NCBI GenBank assembly: GCA_951406725.2
Contig: OX597820.1
Span: forward strand, 55,862,001-55,926,000
From: Octopus vulgaris
Lineage: Eukaryota
Length of the DNA: 64,000 nucleotides
Direction: 5' to 3'
Part shown: piece by piece, positions 38,527 through 50,477 of the stretch
How the letters are laid out: every line of letters begins with the position of its first letter
How positions within the stretch are numbered: the first letter of the stretch is position 1
Program-made: the position numbers and the translations under genes
The notes under the pieces: generated by a model
Database searches by the model: none
Told to the model about the DNA's origin: nothing
The model's input: only the letters and a program-made list of their open reading frames with translations

Positions 38527-38629
38527 CTACCTTTCTCTTTGTAAATGTCCTATAAATTTCACTTTGTAGTCTCATTTTATTTAACACACACACACACACA
38601 CATCACATATTCACACACATACATATTGG

Positions 38630-38860
38630 GTCCCATGCTGGTGGCCCACAATAAGCACCATTCATGCATGGGCCGATGCCAGCCCCACTGCCATGACTGG
38701 CTCCTGTGCTGGTACCATGTTAAAAGCACCCACTACACTCTCAGAATGGTTGGCATTAGGAAGGGCATCCAGCTGTAGAAACCTTGCCAGATCAGACTGG
38801 AGCCCCCAGTCAAACCTATGCCAGCATGGACAGCAGATGTTAAATGATGATGATGATGAT
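38630..38860 (+). mobile_element. SINE 3' part (family A)
   Basis: AAAAGCACCCACTACACTCTC...GGAAGGGCATCCAGCTGTAGAAAC...GTTAAATGATGATGATGAT. Confidence 0.85.
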
Positions 38861-38870
38861 ACATACATAT

Positions 38871-39351
38871 ATTAGAGATTAGCACCTCTTGATGCCACTG
38901 TTCTCATCCACATGCATTACATGGCCTATATATATGTATTTATATATATATATATATATATAAATATAAGAGAGTAACCACAATGTGGTCGACTCTAGCA
39001 CTAAAAATAGATCCGCTAGATTTCAGCCACAAAGAATTGTTTCCGATGAAAGTTAGCACGACTACTAGTGCAAACGAACAGGGCAAATAATTATGTAATA
39101 ATTACATAATTTATTAATAGCGAAACAATTGTCCTGAACTAATCTGCATTTTTGTTATGTTTATTTGCCCTGTTCGTTTGCACTAGTAGTCGTGCTAACT
39201 TTCATCGGAAACAATTCTTTGTGGCTGAAACCTAGCGGATCTATTTTTAGTGCTAGAGTCGACCACATTGTGGTTACTATAAATACATATATATAGGCCA
39301 TGTAATGCATGTGGATGAGAACAGTGGCATCAAGAGGTGCTAATCTCTAAT
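38871..39351. repeat. fold-back repeat (arms 38871-39090 and 39161-39351)
   Basis: The arms are reverse complements apart from one substitution seen and an extra TA-rich stretch of about 30 nt in the left arm. Confidence 0.95.
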
Positions 39352-39850
39352 TGTAGAGGGAACATGTGGAAGAAATAGACCCAGGTAGACATGGGACAAA
39401 GTGGTGAAAAACAGACATTGGGACTCACAAAGGAGATAACAAGAGACCAAGACTCCTGGTTGTTTGCTCTGCTTGAAAAGCACATCAAGCTAAGTAAAAG
39501 CATGGTTGCTCTTGCATACAGCCTTTTCCAGCCGAGCATCCCTAATCTTGTAGGCTCATAGGTGCTGGTACCACATAAAATTACCCATGCCAGTGCTGCG
39601 TAAAAGCACCCACCACACTCTGTAAAGTGGCTGGCATTAGGAAGGGCATTCAGCCACAGAAACCATGCCAAAACAGATAGGGAACAAAGAGCCTCTCCCT
39701 CAAAGTGAAAGACAGATTGTATGATACTTGTGTACAAACAGCTATGCTACACAGTAATAAAATGTAGGCTGTGATTTCAGAGAACATGTGAAGGATTGAA
39801 GGAAATGAAACCAGCATTCTCTGCTGGATGTACTCAGTCACATCTTCACC

Positions 39851-39890
<40 letters not shown>

Positions 39891-40169
39891 TGTGTCGTAT
39901 ATCCTCTGCTGCAAGATACCTATTTCCATCCCCCTATTCATGCTCTTGACTTCTCAAGTGACACAAGGCCACTTCCCTCAGTACTCCTCTTTTACTCAGT
40001 TGAGGAGTGTCTTGCCTTACAATTTACTTGGTGACTTCACTGAGGGGAGGAAAAAGTCGTTTACATCAACCTCAGTGCTCAACTGGTACTCATTTCACCA
40101 ACCCTGAAAGGATGACAGGTAAAAATCAACCCTGGTGGCATTTGATCTCACAATATAAAGAGCCAGATG

Positions 40170-40520
40170 AAATGCTGGTAACAGATGGGGAACTCTGTCG
40201 AAAGCTTTCTCCAGGTGGCCAAAAGCTAAGTACAATGGTTTACTTTTGACCAGATACTTTTCTTGAAACTGTCTCGCTAGGAAGATGGTATCTGTGGTAC
40301 TCCCCCCAGGAACAAAACAAAACTGCATCTCATTTAGTTAAATTCCTGATTCCTAATCAATTTAGCTATAACGCTCTCTGTAACTTTCATGACCTGGTCC
40401 AGTAGTTTGATGCCTCTGTAGTTGTTTCTATCTAAGGCATCACCTTTACCCTTGTAGCAGCTAACTATAATACTACTACATCAGTCATTGGGGATGATGC
40501 CTTCCTGAATGACTTGATTA
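40170..40520 (-). mobile_element. RTE LINE reverse transcriptase fragment
   Basis: MQFCFVPGGSTTDTIFLARQFQEKYLVKSKPLYLAFGHLEKAFDRVP, same family as 57400-59310. Confidence 0.85.
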
Positions 40521-41703
40521 ATTATTCATCTGACATGATAATGATTCTGTCAGTTTGCTGTCTTATGATGATGGTATGATATATCACATATGTATGACTG
40601 TGAGTGTGTGGTTGTGGTAAGAAGCTTGCTTCCCAACCATATGGTTCAGTCCCACTGTGTAGAACCCAAAGCCTTGTAAGTGGATTTGGTAGACAAAAAC
40701 TGAAAGAAGCCTGTCGAATGTGTGTGTATACATACATACATGCATACATAAATACATACACACACACACATATATATAGTCATTTCAAATAAACAAATGA
40801 TTCAAATAACATATAAAAAAAGGAAAAAAAGAAAGCAACAAACATAAGGACATGCACAAGTATATTAGCTTGACACTCAGTGAAAAGAGAGAGTTTAACA
40901 TTTCAAGCATAGCTCTTTGTTGGAAAGGAGAAAGGAAAAAGTCCAAAGGAGGAGAAGAAGAACTCGCCACTGGACCATGTGTAGTCGTATTGTTGAAGTA
41001 TGAGTGTGTGTGTGTGTATGTATGTATGCATGTATGTATGTATACCCACACATTCGACAGGCTTCTTTCAGTTTCTGTCTACCAAATCCACTTACAAGGC
41101 TTTGGGTGCCACACAGTGGGACTGAACCATATGGTTGGGAAGCAAGCTTCTTACCACAACCACACACTCACAGTCATATATGTGTGATATATCATACCTA
41201 TTTCTTTACTACCCACAAGGGGCTAAACACAGAGGGGACAAACAAGGGCAGATAAACGGATTAAATCGATTATATCAATGCCAATGCGTAACTGGTGCTT
41301 AATTTATCGACCCCGAAAGGATGAAGGCAAAGTCGACCTCGGTGGAATTCGAACTCAGAACGCAGCAGCGGACGAAATACCACAAGGCATTTCGCCCGGT
41401 GTGCTAACGTTTCTGCCAGATCGCCGCCTTATGTGTGATATATCATACCATCATCATAAGACAGCAAACTGACAGAATCCTTATCATGTCAGATGAATAA
41501 TTAATCAAGTCATTCAGGAAGGCGTCATCCCCAATGACTGATGTAATAGTATTATAGTTACCTGCTACAAGGTTAAAGGTGATGCTTTAGATAGAAATAA
41601 CTACAGAGGTATCAAACTACTGGACCAGGTCATGAAAGTTACAGAGAGCTCAATTGATTAGGAATCAGGAATTTAACTAGATGAGATGCAGTCTTGTTTT
41701 GTT
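40311..41703. repeat. inverted duplication of a composite segment (RTE fragment plus SINE)
   Basis: 40311-40770 is the reverse complement of about 41005-41703, once the SINE at 41199-41429 and one TSD copy are removed. Confidence 0.92.
41199..41429 (-). mobile_element. tRNA-derived SINE (family C) with a 20-bp target site duplication
   Basis: TSD TATGTGTGATATATCATACC at 41179-41198 and 41430-41449. Head GGCGGCGATCTGGCAGAAACGTTAGC and B-box GTTCGAATTCC. Confidence 0.92.
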
Positions 41704-41942
41704 GTGTGTATCTTTGTGTCTGTGTTTGTCCCCCTCTCTGGTGTTGCTGTGTTTATGTCCCTGTCACTTAGTGCTTCTTGGCAAAAGAGACTGATAGGAT
41801 AACTACCAGGCTTAACAACAAAATAAGTATTGAGGTCGATTCATTCAACTGAAACAATTTGTTCAAAGATGGTGCCTCAGCAAGGTCACAGTCTAGTGAC
41901 TTAAATAAGTAAAAGATATATATATATATATATATATAAAGA

Positions 41943-42203
41943 TCATTGATTTGAGAACAATCATCAAATTTGGGCCAATGACTTTATATAACTCTACGCT
42001 TGTATACATTTCATCATATACAAATAATACCATGGCCTTTAACATATAAAAGAAATACATACATAAGCACAGAAGGTGCTTATGTATGTATTCCTTTTAT
42101 ATGTTGAGGACCATAGTATTATTTGTATATGATGAAATGTATGGAAGCATGGGATCATATAAAGTTGTTGGCCCGAATTTGATGTATGTTCTCTAATCAA
42201 TGA
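41943..42203. repeat. diverged hairpin with arms of about 128 bp and a 5-nt loop, next to (TA)n
   Basis: The centre reads AATACATACATAAGCAC-AGAAG-GTGCTTATGTATGTATT. Pairing continues with mismatches to TCATTGATT/AATCAATGA. Confidence 0.9.
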
Positions 42204-42300
42204 ATTTTTTGTCTCAGTCTCAATTTCATTAGGACACTTTTTTTTGCAGTCTATATATCTTTTTTTGTTTCCATAAAAAGAAACGAAAATTATTTCTTGT

Positions 42301-42334
<34 letters not shown>

Positions 42335-42335
42335 C

Positions 42336-43350
42336 ATTGGGTCATCCCGTAGATAATGTGGTTTTTTTACAATTCTTTTATTTTTCAAAATTAAGACAAA
42401 CAATGTTATTTTTTAATCTAAAATATATTCTTCATTTTCTACAATGCTTTTCTATCTATCTGGTAGACTCGCAATTATTCTCTTCCAAAATTCACTTGTC
42501 TGTGATGAAAATTAATCCTCCAGTTCTGACCTTGTCTACAGAATTCATATTTTTTCTGTCCAAATGATTTTGATGACTGGAATAAATGATAATCAGATGG
42601 GGCAATGTCAGGTGAATATAGTGGGTGGGGCACTGTTTCCCATTCAAACTGCTCCTGCCTTTGGAATGTCATCGTCGCTGTATGTGACTGAGTATTATCC
42701 TGATGGAAGAACATCTTTTGTCTTGTAATCAAAGATGGTCATTTTCCTTCTAGCTCTGACTTAAGCTGCTCAAGCTGCTTGCAGTAGATCTCCTTTGTTA
42801 TCATTTGGTTTGGGTTTAAAAGTTCAAAGTGGACTAAACCTTTCATATCCCAAAAAGCAGATAACAACACCTCATGTGGGTGAAGACCTTCTTTAGACTG
42901 GGTTGCTGGTGTTTCTCCTTTCTCTACCTACTGTCTTTGGCACATTTTTATCAAGAATCCATTTCTCATCACTGTTCAATTCAAAAAAGGTTCATTCATG
43001 AGACGTGACAGCAAAGAAGAGCACACATTCACTCTCTACATGCGATTAGACTCTGAAAGTTTGTGAGGAATCCATTCACCCAATTTGCTGAATTTTCTGA
43101 TGGCATGCAGGTATCGATGAATGGTTGAATGACCAAATCCAAGCTTCTCTGCTAGTTACTCAACAGTGACAATAGGATTTTATTCCACCAGGGTATGCAG
43201 GACGTCCTTGCTGAGTTCTACAGATCTTACAGGATGAGGCTTATCTAGGCTGTAGTTTCTGGCTCAGAATTTCTGAAATTACTGTTGACACTGGCTTACA
43301 CTCATTATCCAATCCCCATATACTACATTAATATTGCTCACATTAATATT
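42336..43350 (-). mobile_element. mariner transposon remnant
   Basis: FHQDNTQSHTA and HPLYSPDIAPSDYHLF motifs. TIR-like ATTGGGTCATCCCGTAGATAATG at 42336. Confidence 0.85.
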
Positions 43351-43418
43351 GCTCACACTTCCCATGCTAGCAAGGGTTATTTATATATATACATACATAC
43401 ATATATATTTTCTCACAC

Positions 43419-43467
43419 CGTATTTTATGAAGGGATATCCATAATATCCCAGAAACAGCTGTAAGAC
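43419..43467 (+). ncRNA. inactivated copy of the 38481-38526 hammerhead motif
   Basis: uUuAUGA-A-GGGAUAU-ccaua-AUAUCCC-A-GAAAC-AGCU-GUA-AGAC. The stems are identical to the 38481 copy, the loop differs, and core C3 and G5 are mutated. Confidence 0.55.
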
Positions 43468-43614
43468 TATTTCATTATAAATGTTCTGAAAACTCCTCAT
43501 AGACTTGGCTTTTTTATCTCCTTCTGCCTAATATATATACATACACCAGGCGAAATTGCGAGGATGATCCGGTTCTTGACTGAGGATAGAAAGCTCCAAA
43601 TGACCTGTCGTTGC

Positions 43615-43720
43615 TTTTTTGTATCATCTATCTGGATGTTTTGTTGTCCCTTTTTGTATCATCTATCTGGATGTTTTGTTGTCCCTTTTTGTATCACCTA
43701 GTTGTCTGGATGTTTTGTTT
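43615..43720 (+). repeat. short tandem repeat, unit about 35 bp, roughly 3 copies
   Basis: TTTTTGTATCATCTATCTGGATGTTTTGTTGTCCC repeated. Confidence 0.85.
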
Positions 43721-43759
43721 TTGATTTTGTCAACTACACAATATAGTATGGTCAGTTGG

Positions 43760-44543
43760 TCATGATCTGTGAGAAAAACAGCACCATGACACAATTCATT
43801 CTGCCAGAAATTTGGAAATGACATGCTGTATTGCTTGGCATTCATGCTAGAAGCTTGAATATGAACAGATGGTGAATACACAGAACAACCATTGGCTTGC
43901 TGTGTCCCCAAAACATGTACTGAGAGTGATAAAAATCAAACATCCAGTTAACATCATGACATTTTGAAGTGATCACTAGTGATGATGACATTATGCCTCC
44001 ATTCATCTTCCTCACCACCTCAGACTCAACACGGAGGCCTACATCAACTACTTGGAGGAGATAGTGATGCTCTGGGTCAAGAGGGTGACTGCTGGAAGAC
44101 CTATGTCTGGCAACAGCATTCTGCACTATGCCACACAAACAGGAGAACCCAGTCATGGCTGTCAAACAATTTCTGCGACAACACCACCTTTAACATCTGG
44201 CCACCTAACTCCCCAGACTGCAATCTCCTTGATTATTATGTATGGGGTGCAGTTGCGCAAGAGACCAACAAAACTCCTTGCAACACCAAAAATGAACTGA
44301 AGGTAAGGATTATAGCAGCATTCACCAAATTAAACAAAGAGACCATTCAAAAGAGTTGCAGGAGATTCCGAAGTTATCAGGAGGCCGTGGTTGAAGCCAA
44401 TAGTGATTTTATTGAATAAATATACTCTTTAGTATTTCAAGATATTTTAATGTAATTTTGGTAAATATATATATTAAAATGAGATGTCAGTGTTATTTTC
44501 ATTTTTGTGTAATTTAGAGGACAGTTTATTCACCACACCCTGT
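43760..44543 (+). mobile_element. IS630-Tc1-mariner (maT/DD37D-like) transposon remnant
   Basis: YVWQQHSALCH...WPPNSPDCNLLDYYVWGAV...CRRFRSYQEAVVEANSDFIE. The right end CACCACACCCTG-TA is TIR-like. Confidence 0.8.
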
Positions 44544-45774
44544 ATATATATAATTTTCATTAATATAGAGACAAACACTGATAAACAAGAAATTAACAAG
44601 TAAGTTCTATTTTTTAAGGCATGATAAGTGCATTTCAGAAATATATTTCTGTTTTATAGATCTTATCAAGTCACAATGAAGGCATTTGAAAAATTTTGAA
44701 ATATTTTGTTTTTAAAACCACTATCAAGATTAAAATTGAAATGAAATATCTCAAAAAAGAAATTGGTCAGAAATGAAAGTGAAAAGTGCATAAGAACCAT
44801 TTGAGTCATACATGATCTTGAATGCACTTATCTGTTGTTGTGATCTTTCTTATTCAATGCATTTTGTATTTGCTTCAACTATTATTTTGACAAGTGTTTT
44901 TAAAATAAAAGAATCATCATCATCATCATCATCATCATCATTTAAGATTCGTTCTCCATGATGACATGGGATGGATAGTTCAATAGTAGGCCAGAAAATT
45001 GGGTTAACCTCCAGTATCTGTTTTGGTATGGTATCTCTGGCTGGTTGCCCTTTCTAATGTCAATTGCTTTTCAAAGTGTACTGGATACATTTTTTTTTAT
45101 ATGACACTATACAGATCACCAAGTAGTTCATAAGACAAGAATCCTTAACTGAAGTGGAGAGTAATATTGAGGGAGGATGATTTATACTAGGTGATGAGAG
45201 GGCAAAGTATGATAGAGTGACAGGAAACAAGTGTCTTGCTGTTGGGGAGATACATTGTTATCTCAGTTGGAAAAGCAAGAAAATGAGAAGATATTGAATA
45301 TTAGGAATCTTTTGAAATATTTTGTATGGGCATGTCTACATGATTAAGAAGTTTACTTCCCAATCATGTGATTTTGTGTTCAATTTCACTGCATGGGCAA
45401 GTATCTTTTACTAAAGCCCAAAGTAGATTTGAGGAGAAAGTAAGCTTTGGATGTAAAAGGTATGGAGAAATAAACTAGAGGAGATGAATTCTGGTTCTGT
45501 TGTGAATACATATTTTTGTAACTAGTAAAGTCTTCAGATAATTTACTGTAGATGAGGAGGTTGTTGAGTTGGTGAAGTGCTTCTTACCTGTAGAGGTCAA
45601 TCTGCCAGACCACAATAAAACCATTCTTATTGGTTGTTTTGATGATGATATTATACCAGTTGCAGAGTTTCCAGAGAGCTCTGAGTTCTTAACTGGAAAA
45701 TTTTAATCTCCCATGTTATTGTCTTTTTTTAAATTGAAGCTGCCCAATTCATATTGGCACTTTTAAAGAAATAG

Positions 45775-46210
45775 GTCATCAAATTCGATGACTGGCATCC
45801 ATGCTAGTGGAGCGCTAAGAGCACCATCTGAGCATGATCGTTGCCAGAGCAGCTAACTGGCTTTCATGCCGGTGACACGTAAAAAGCACCATTGATAGTT
45901 ACCACATGAAAAAAAACATTTTAGCAAGGTCGTTTCCAGTGCTGCTGGACTGGCTCCTGTGCAGGTGGCAAGTAAAAAACACCATTTGAGTGTGGCCATT
46001 GCCAGTACCGCCTGACTGGCTCTCGTGCCAGTGACACGTAAAAGCACCCACTACACTCTCAGAGTGGTTGGCATTTGGAAGGACATCCAGCTGTAGAAAC
46101 CCTGCCAGATCAGATTGGAGCTTGGTGCAGCCATCTGGTTCGCCAGTCCTCAGTCAAATCGTCCAACTCATGCTAGCATGGAAAGTAGATGTTAAACGAT
46201 GATGATGATG
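45775..46210 (+). mobile_element. SINE (family A) with internal repeats of about 60 bp
   Basis: Repeated GACTGGCTCCTGTGC..GGTGGCACGTAAAAAGCACC-like units, then the standard 3' end GTTAAACGATGATGATG. Confidence 0.85.
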
Positions 46211-46664
46211 AGGTCAAGCAAGACCTAAGTTGGGTGTCTTTTCAGTGGGTTAGACAGATAAAACACTTGGTATCAGCATGAACTTGTTTAGTCTCTTTTG
46301 AGGATAGGATGTAAAGTTTAGGTCTGTAGTAAGAGGGCTTCTGAGAGAGGAAGATCTCTCATGATAATGATCGATGCAGATAATTTGGGGATCATTGTTA
46401 TCTGAAGAGTAGGCAGAATTAATGATTTTTAGGCTGATCATTTGTGCTTAAATTTTATTGTATAGAAGCCTAATAGTGTTTAATATAAAATGATACACTC
46501 TTATTGATAGAGTCTCATGAGTGTGTGCAAATGTGAGTCTGTGGTAAATAAAGCTTTCATTCAGGCAGCCCCGTTTGACTAACTGCAATTATTATTACAG
46601 TTAAAAAAAACAATAAACAATCAAAACAAAAAGCAACAACAACAATGGTATTTCAACTGATATA

Positions 46665-47150
46665 AGGCACAGGTATGGCTGAGTGGTTAAGAAGTTTGCT
46701 TCCAAACCACATGGTTTTGGGTTCAGTTCCTTTACATGGTAGCTTGGACAAGTGTCTTCTATTATAGAGCTGGGCTGACCAAAGCCTTGTGAGTGAATCT
46801 GGTTGACAGAAATGAAAAAGTCTATCATGTATATACCATCATCATCATCATCATCATTGTTTAACATCTGCCTTCCATGCTGGCTATTGGTTAGATAATT
46901 TGAGAGGAGCCATCAAGTAGAAGACTACAAGCTTTTGTGTCTGTTTTGGCATGGTTTTTATGGCTGGATGTCCTTCCTAACACCAAGCATCCCTACAGAG
47001 CTGACTGAGAGTTTTTCACGTGGCATTAGCATAGGCAAGGTCAGTTTTGGCATGGCTTTTACAGCTGGATGCCTTTTACCAAATGCCTACCACTTCACAG
47101 TGTGGACTGGATGCTTTTTATGTGGCACCAGCACAGGCAGGGTCACCAAG
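46665..47150. mobile_element. SINE B head (+, 46665-46830) abutting a SINE A-related element (-, 46837-47150)
   Basis: GGCACAGGTATGGCTGAGTGGTTAAGAAG...GGGTTCAGTTCC, then (CAT)n followed by the reverse family A tail. Confidence 0.7.
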
Positions 47151-48007
47151 TAACTTGCAAGACAAGGAATTTTTGAGAGGGGAGGGGGAATTGGAGGTGA
47201 TCTTGTGTCAGAAGATGAAAGGTTAGAGTGTGTATGTATGTATGCATGAGTGTGTGTATATGTGTATGTGGGAGTGTGTTTGTGTCACCTTGTCTTGATA
47301 TCATGTGGTTGCAGTAAAGGAATGCTATTCTTTTACAATAGTTTGTGAAAACATGTCTGGTAATAGGGAAATATTACCTTGCTTAGAAACAGGTAAGAAT
47401 TGGTGGCAGGAAGTGCATTCAACTGTAGAAATCTGCTTCAACAAACTTCATCCAGAAAAGTGAACATTAAAAAGATGATGATGATGATGACGACAATGAC
47501 AATGATGATAATGATATTAAAAAGGATTTTAAATAAAGAATGAAGCAATCATTCTGTTGTTGAAAGGTCATTTAAGTCATTGAAAAATAATTTAACAATT
47601 GATGATGGCATTTTATGGAATTAAGAATTGCTTCACCATCTTAATTGAGTAAGTCGATGATAAAATATGTGTATGATAAGGAACATTAATGGCTCAATGG
47701 CAACAAGAAAGTGAGTTGAAATCTGAAAAATGTTATCTACGATGCAGAGAAGATGTAGAATTATATGTAAAATGTCTAATGCATACTAGAATAAAACTGG
47801 AATTACCTTTCACAAAGTAGAATTTTGATGCATGTGTTTCGGGATTCTGTTTAAGTAAAGAATTTAGGACTTTTCTTGTGTATATTTCTTGAATTTAGTG
47901 CAAATTGGAATGCAAGGAAAACAAAAGTAAATTCTACAATGTCTTTCTGAAAGGTGTATAGTATATTACATCTTTCTGACAGTCATTGTGATATTTACTT
48001 TTGTATA

Positions 48008-49094
48008 CAAGAGTTGGCTGAAAAGTTAATAGATTCACCAAGGTACTCTTATGGAATGTGACCAAATGAGGTTTATTTTTCAAAATAGTCCCCTTTGTAG
48101 TCCACACACTTCTTCCAATATTATTGTAGTACTTGGATCCAGTTGGTGAAGAATCTTTCATCCTGTTGGTCAAAAATGTCATCAACAACAGACATGATGT
48201 TCTCATCACTGCGATACTGGTTTCCGGCCAAGTGATTTTTCATGTTGGAGAACAAATGATAGTCAGATGGGGCCAAATCAGGAAAATTGGGAGACTGATC
48301 AACCAGTTCAAAGCCATAGCCATGCACAATAGCTTTTGAAAGAAAGGACTTGTGTGCCAGAACATCATCCTGATGAAGCAAAACCTCTTTTGTCAGTTTT
48401 CCTGGGTGTTTGGCCTCGATAGCCTTTTGTAACTATGTCAGTAAGTTGGCATAAGACTCTCTATTGATGGTGTGGCCCTTTTGAAGATAGTCAATAAACA
48501 CAATATCTTTTGCATACAAAAAAACCGAGGCCATCACCTTCCCTGCAGATGAAATGACCTTGGCCTTCTTTGGAGCAGGTGTGAAGGGTGTGTTTCTACA
48601 GAATGGATTGTCTCTTTGTCATAAGACTCTCTATTGATGGTGTGGCCCTTTTGAAGATAGTCAATAAACACAATATCTTTTGCATACAAAAAAACTGAGG
48701 CCATCACCTTCCCTGCAGATGAAATGACCTTGGCCTTCTTTGGAGCAATGTGTGAAGGGTGTGTTTCTACAGAATGGATTGTCTCTTTGTCCAGCACTGT
48801 TGATGAAGCTGAAGCATCATCCTCTAATGTAGCAACCATGTCAGCATTAATGTCTTTGGGGGATAAACCCTTTTTCTGTAGATACTTGAGAACATGATGA
48901 TGTCAAATTTTGTCCATTTTCCAGAAAAGTTGTTACTAGTTGCTTTTGAAGTGTCCTTCAAACAGATAGATGTCAGTTTACTTGGAAAGAAAGAATGCAG
49001 TTATCAATAAGAGCTGAAATTAATGCATTCTAGATTTTACAGCTCTAGCATCACTCCTTCATAGTCAACCTATGAATCTTTCAGCCAACCTTCA
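48008..49094 (-). mobile_element. mariner transposon remnant with an internal tandem duplication of about 170 bp
   Basis: KVMASVF, LHQDDVLAH and SPNFPDLAPSDYHLF motifs. TIRs GTTGGCTGAAAAG and CTTTTCAGCCAAC. 48449-48619 is repeated at 48620-48790. Confidence 0.88.
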
Positions 49095-49262
49095 TAATGA
49101 TAATGAAGGAATAAGCTCCAATAATTATGTGACACTACTATACAATACTTCAAATGAAAACAGACAGCCTTTGAGAAGATGATCACTTAACATGTAAGTG
49201 AGCTGTGGGAATACATACAATAAGAATGATACAGTATGCAAATGAAATCTCTCAATGCATGT

Positions 49263-49491
49263 TTAACCCTTTCGTTACCGTATTTATTTTGAGAAGCTCT
49301 GTGTTTCTTTCAATTAATTTTAAATATAACATAGAATTTACTAAAACAACTTAGTTATCATTAATCTAGTGTTAGGAATATAAATTGTGACTAAAGTTTG
49401 GTGGAAGATTTTATTTCAAGACTTATGTAAATAAGACATTTGTACTCAGAGCCAGAGCCGGTTTCAGCCGGGTTGGTATCGAAAGGGTTAA
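49263..49491. mobile_element. piggyBac-type MITE
   Basis: TTAA-CCCTTTCGTTACC ... GGTATCGAAAGGG-TTAA. Confidence 0.8.
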
Positions 49492-50477
49492 AATAACATA
49501 ACATAACCCTCATTCAGATTTAAGTAACCAGGTGGCAGGTTACAAATAGTTTTTGTTGACAGTCTCAGAGAAAGCTGCTGTGTATTAATTGGTTGACTAG
49601 TTGTTTCATTGTTGTCCAAGTCCTGGCTGTCACAGTCCAACCCATGCCCATTGCTAAGGGGATGCACTAGATAGCATTGCCCCCCACCACTTACTATTCA
49701 ATGGTGCACCCTCAGATTTGCTCTACTTTAGCATTTTTATAAATTAGTGCCCTCCCAGAATATTTTGAAGCACCCCCAGAAACTAAAGTCTAGCGACAGG
49801 CCTGATTCACCTATACCTCAAGATAGATCGTTGGTTTTATGATATAAGCTTTAAGTTGGACCCAATGTTGCTTTCACATGTTGTGCTCCATTTTGATCAT
49901 GTACAGTGTAGGGCTCAAGATTGTGACTATAGTTCCTGGTAATGAATGCAGTCCACCTGCAAAATTCTAAGTGAAAACTGGAAATCAAGTTACAGGTCCA
50001 CTTGATTTCTTTTCATTCTGACATTGAATTCACAACATCAGAATTTTGGTTGAATTCCTTCTTTCAGATGTATATTTAATATAATTTAAATGCTTTATCT
50101 TGATACATAACTGCAATTTCACAAATCCCTTTCACTGAAATTTTTTTGCCCATGATGAAAAGGCAGAATTTTGAGGAATTTCAGTTCAAGTTTGTCTATT
50201 TATCACCATTTGCTGAGCATGGCTATCAACACAACTGTTTTAGAATTTTAATGAACTTGTTTGCATTAAATTAGTTGTTTCTAATGTAATATTTCTTGAA
50301 ACAGAATATTTGCACACCATGGTCATGTTGTTAAGAAGCTCACTTTGCAACCACATACTTCTGGGTCCAGTCTTGCAACAGCTTAGTCCCGGTGTTATCC
50401 AAAATGCAAAAGAAACAAAAGTAACATCTACATAAACTGTTAGAAAGACATATTATGATAATAATAGTTTAACATCC

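Noticed and set aside
41340-41429. tRNA gene
   Set aside because: A- and B-box-like motifs are present, but this is the head of a TSD-flanked SINE and no cloverleaf is evident.
43570-43615. CTGAGGA...CCAAA...GTC as a hammerhead
   Set aside because: GAAA is missing and helices I and II do not pair convincingly.
47520-47900. Possible Gypsy pol remnant (LTIDDGILW...)
   Set aside because: Only a short resemblance interrupted by stops, so not supportable.
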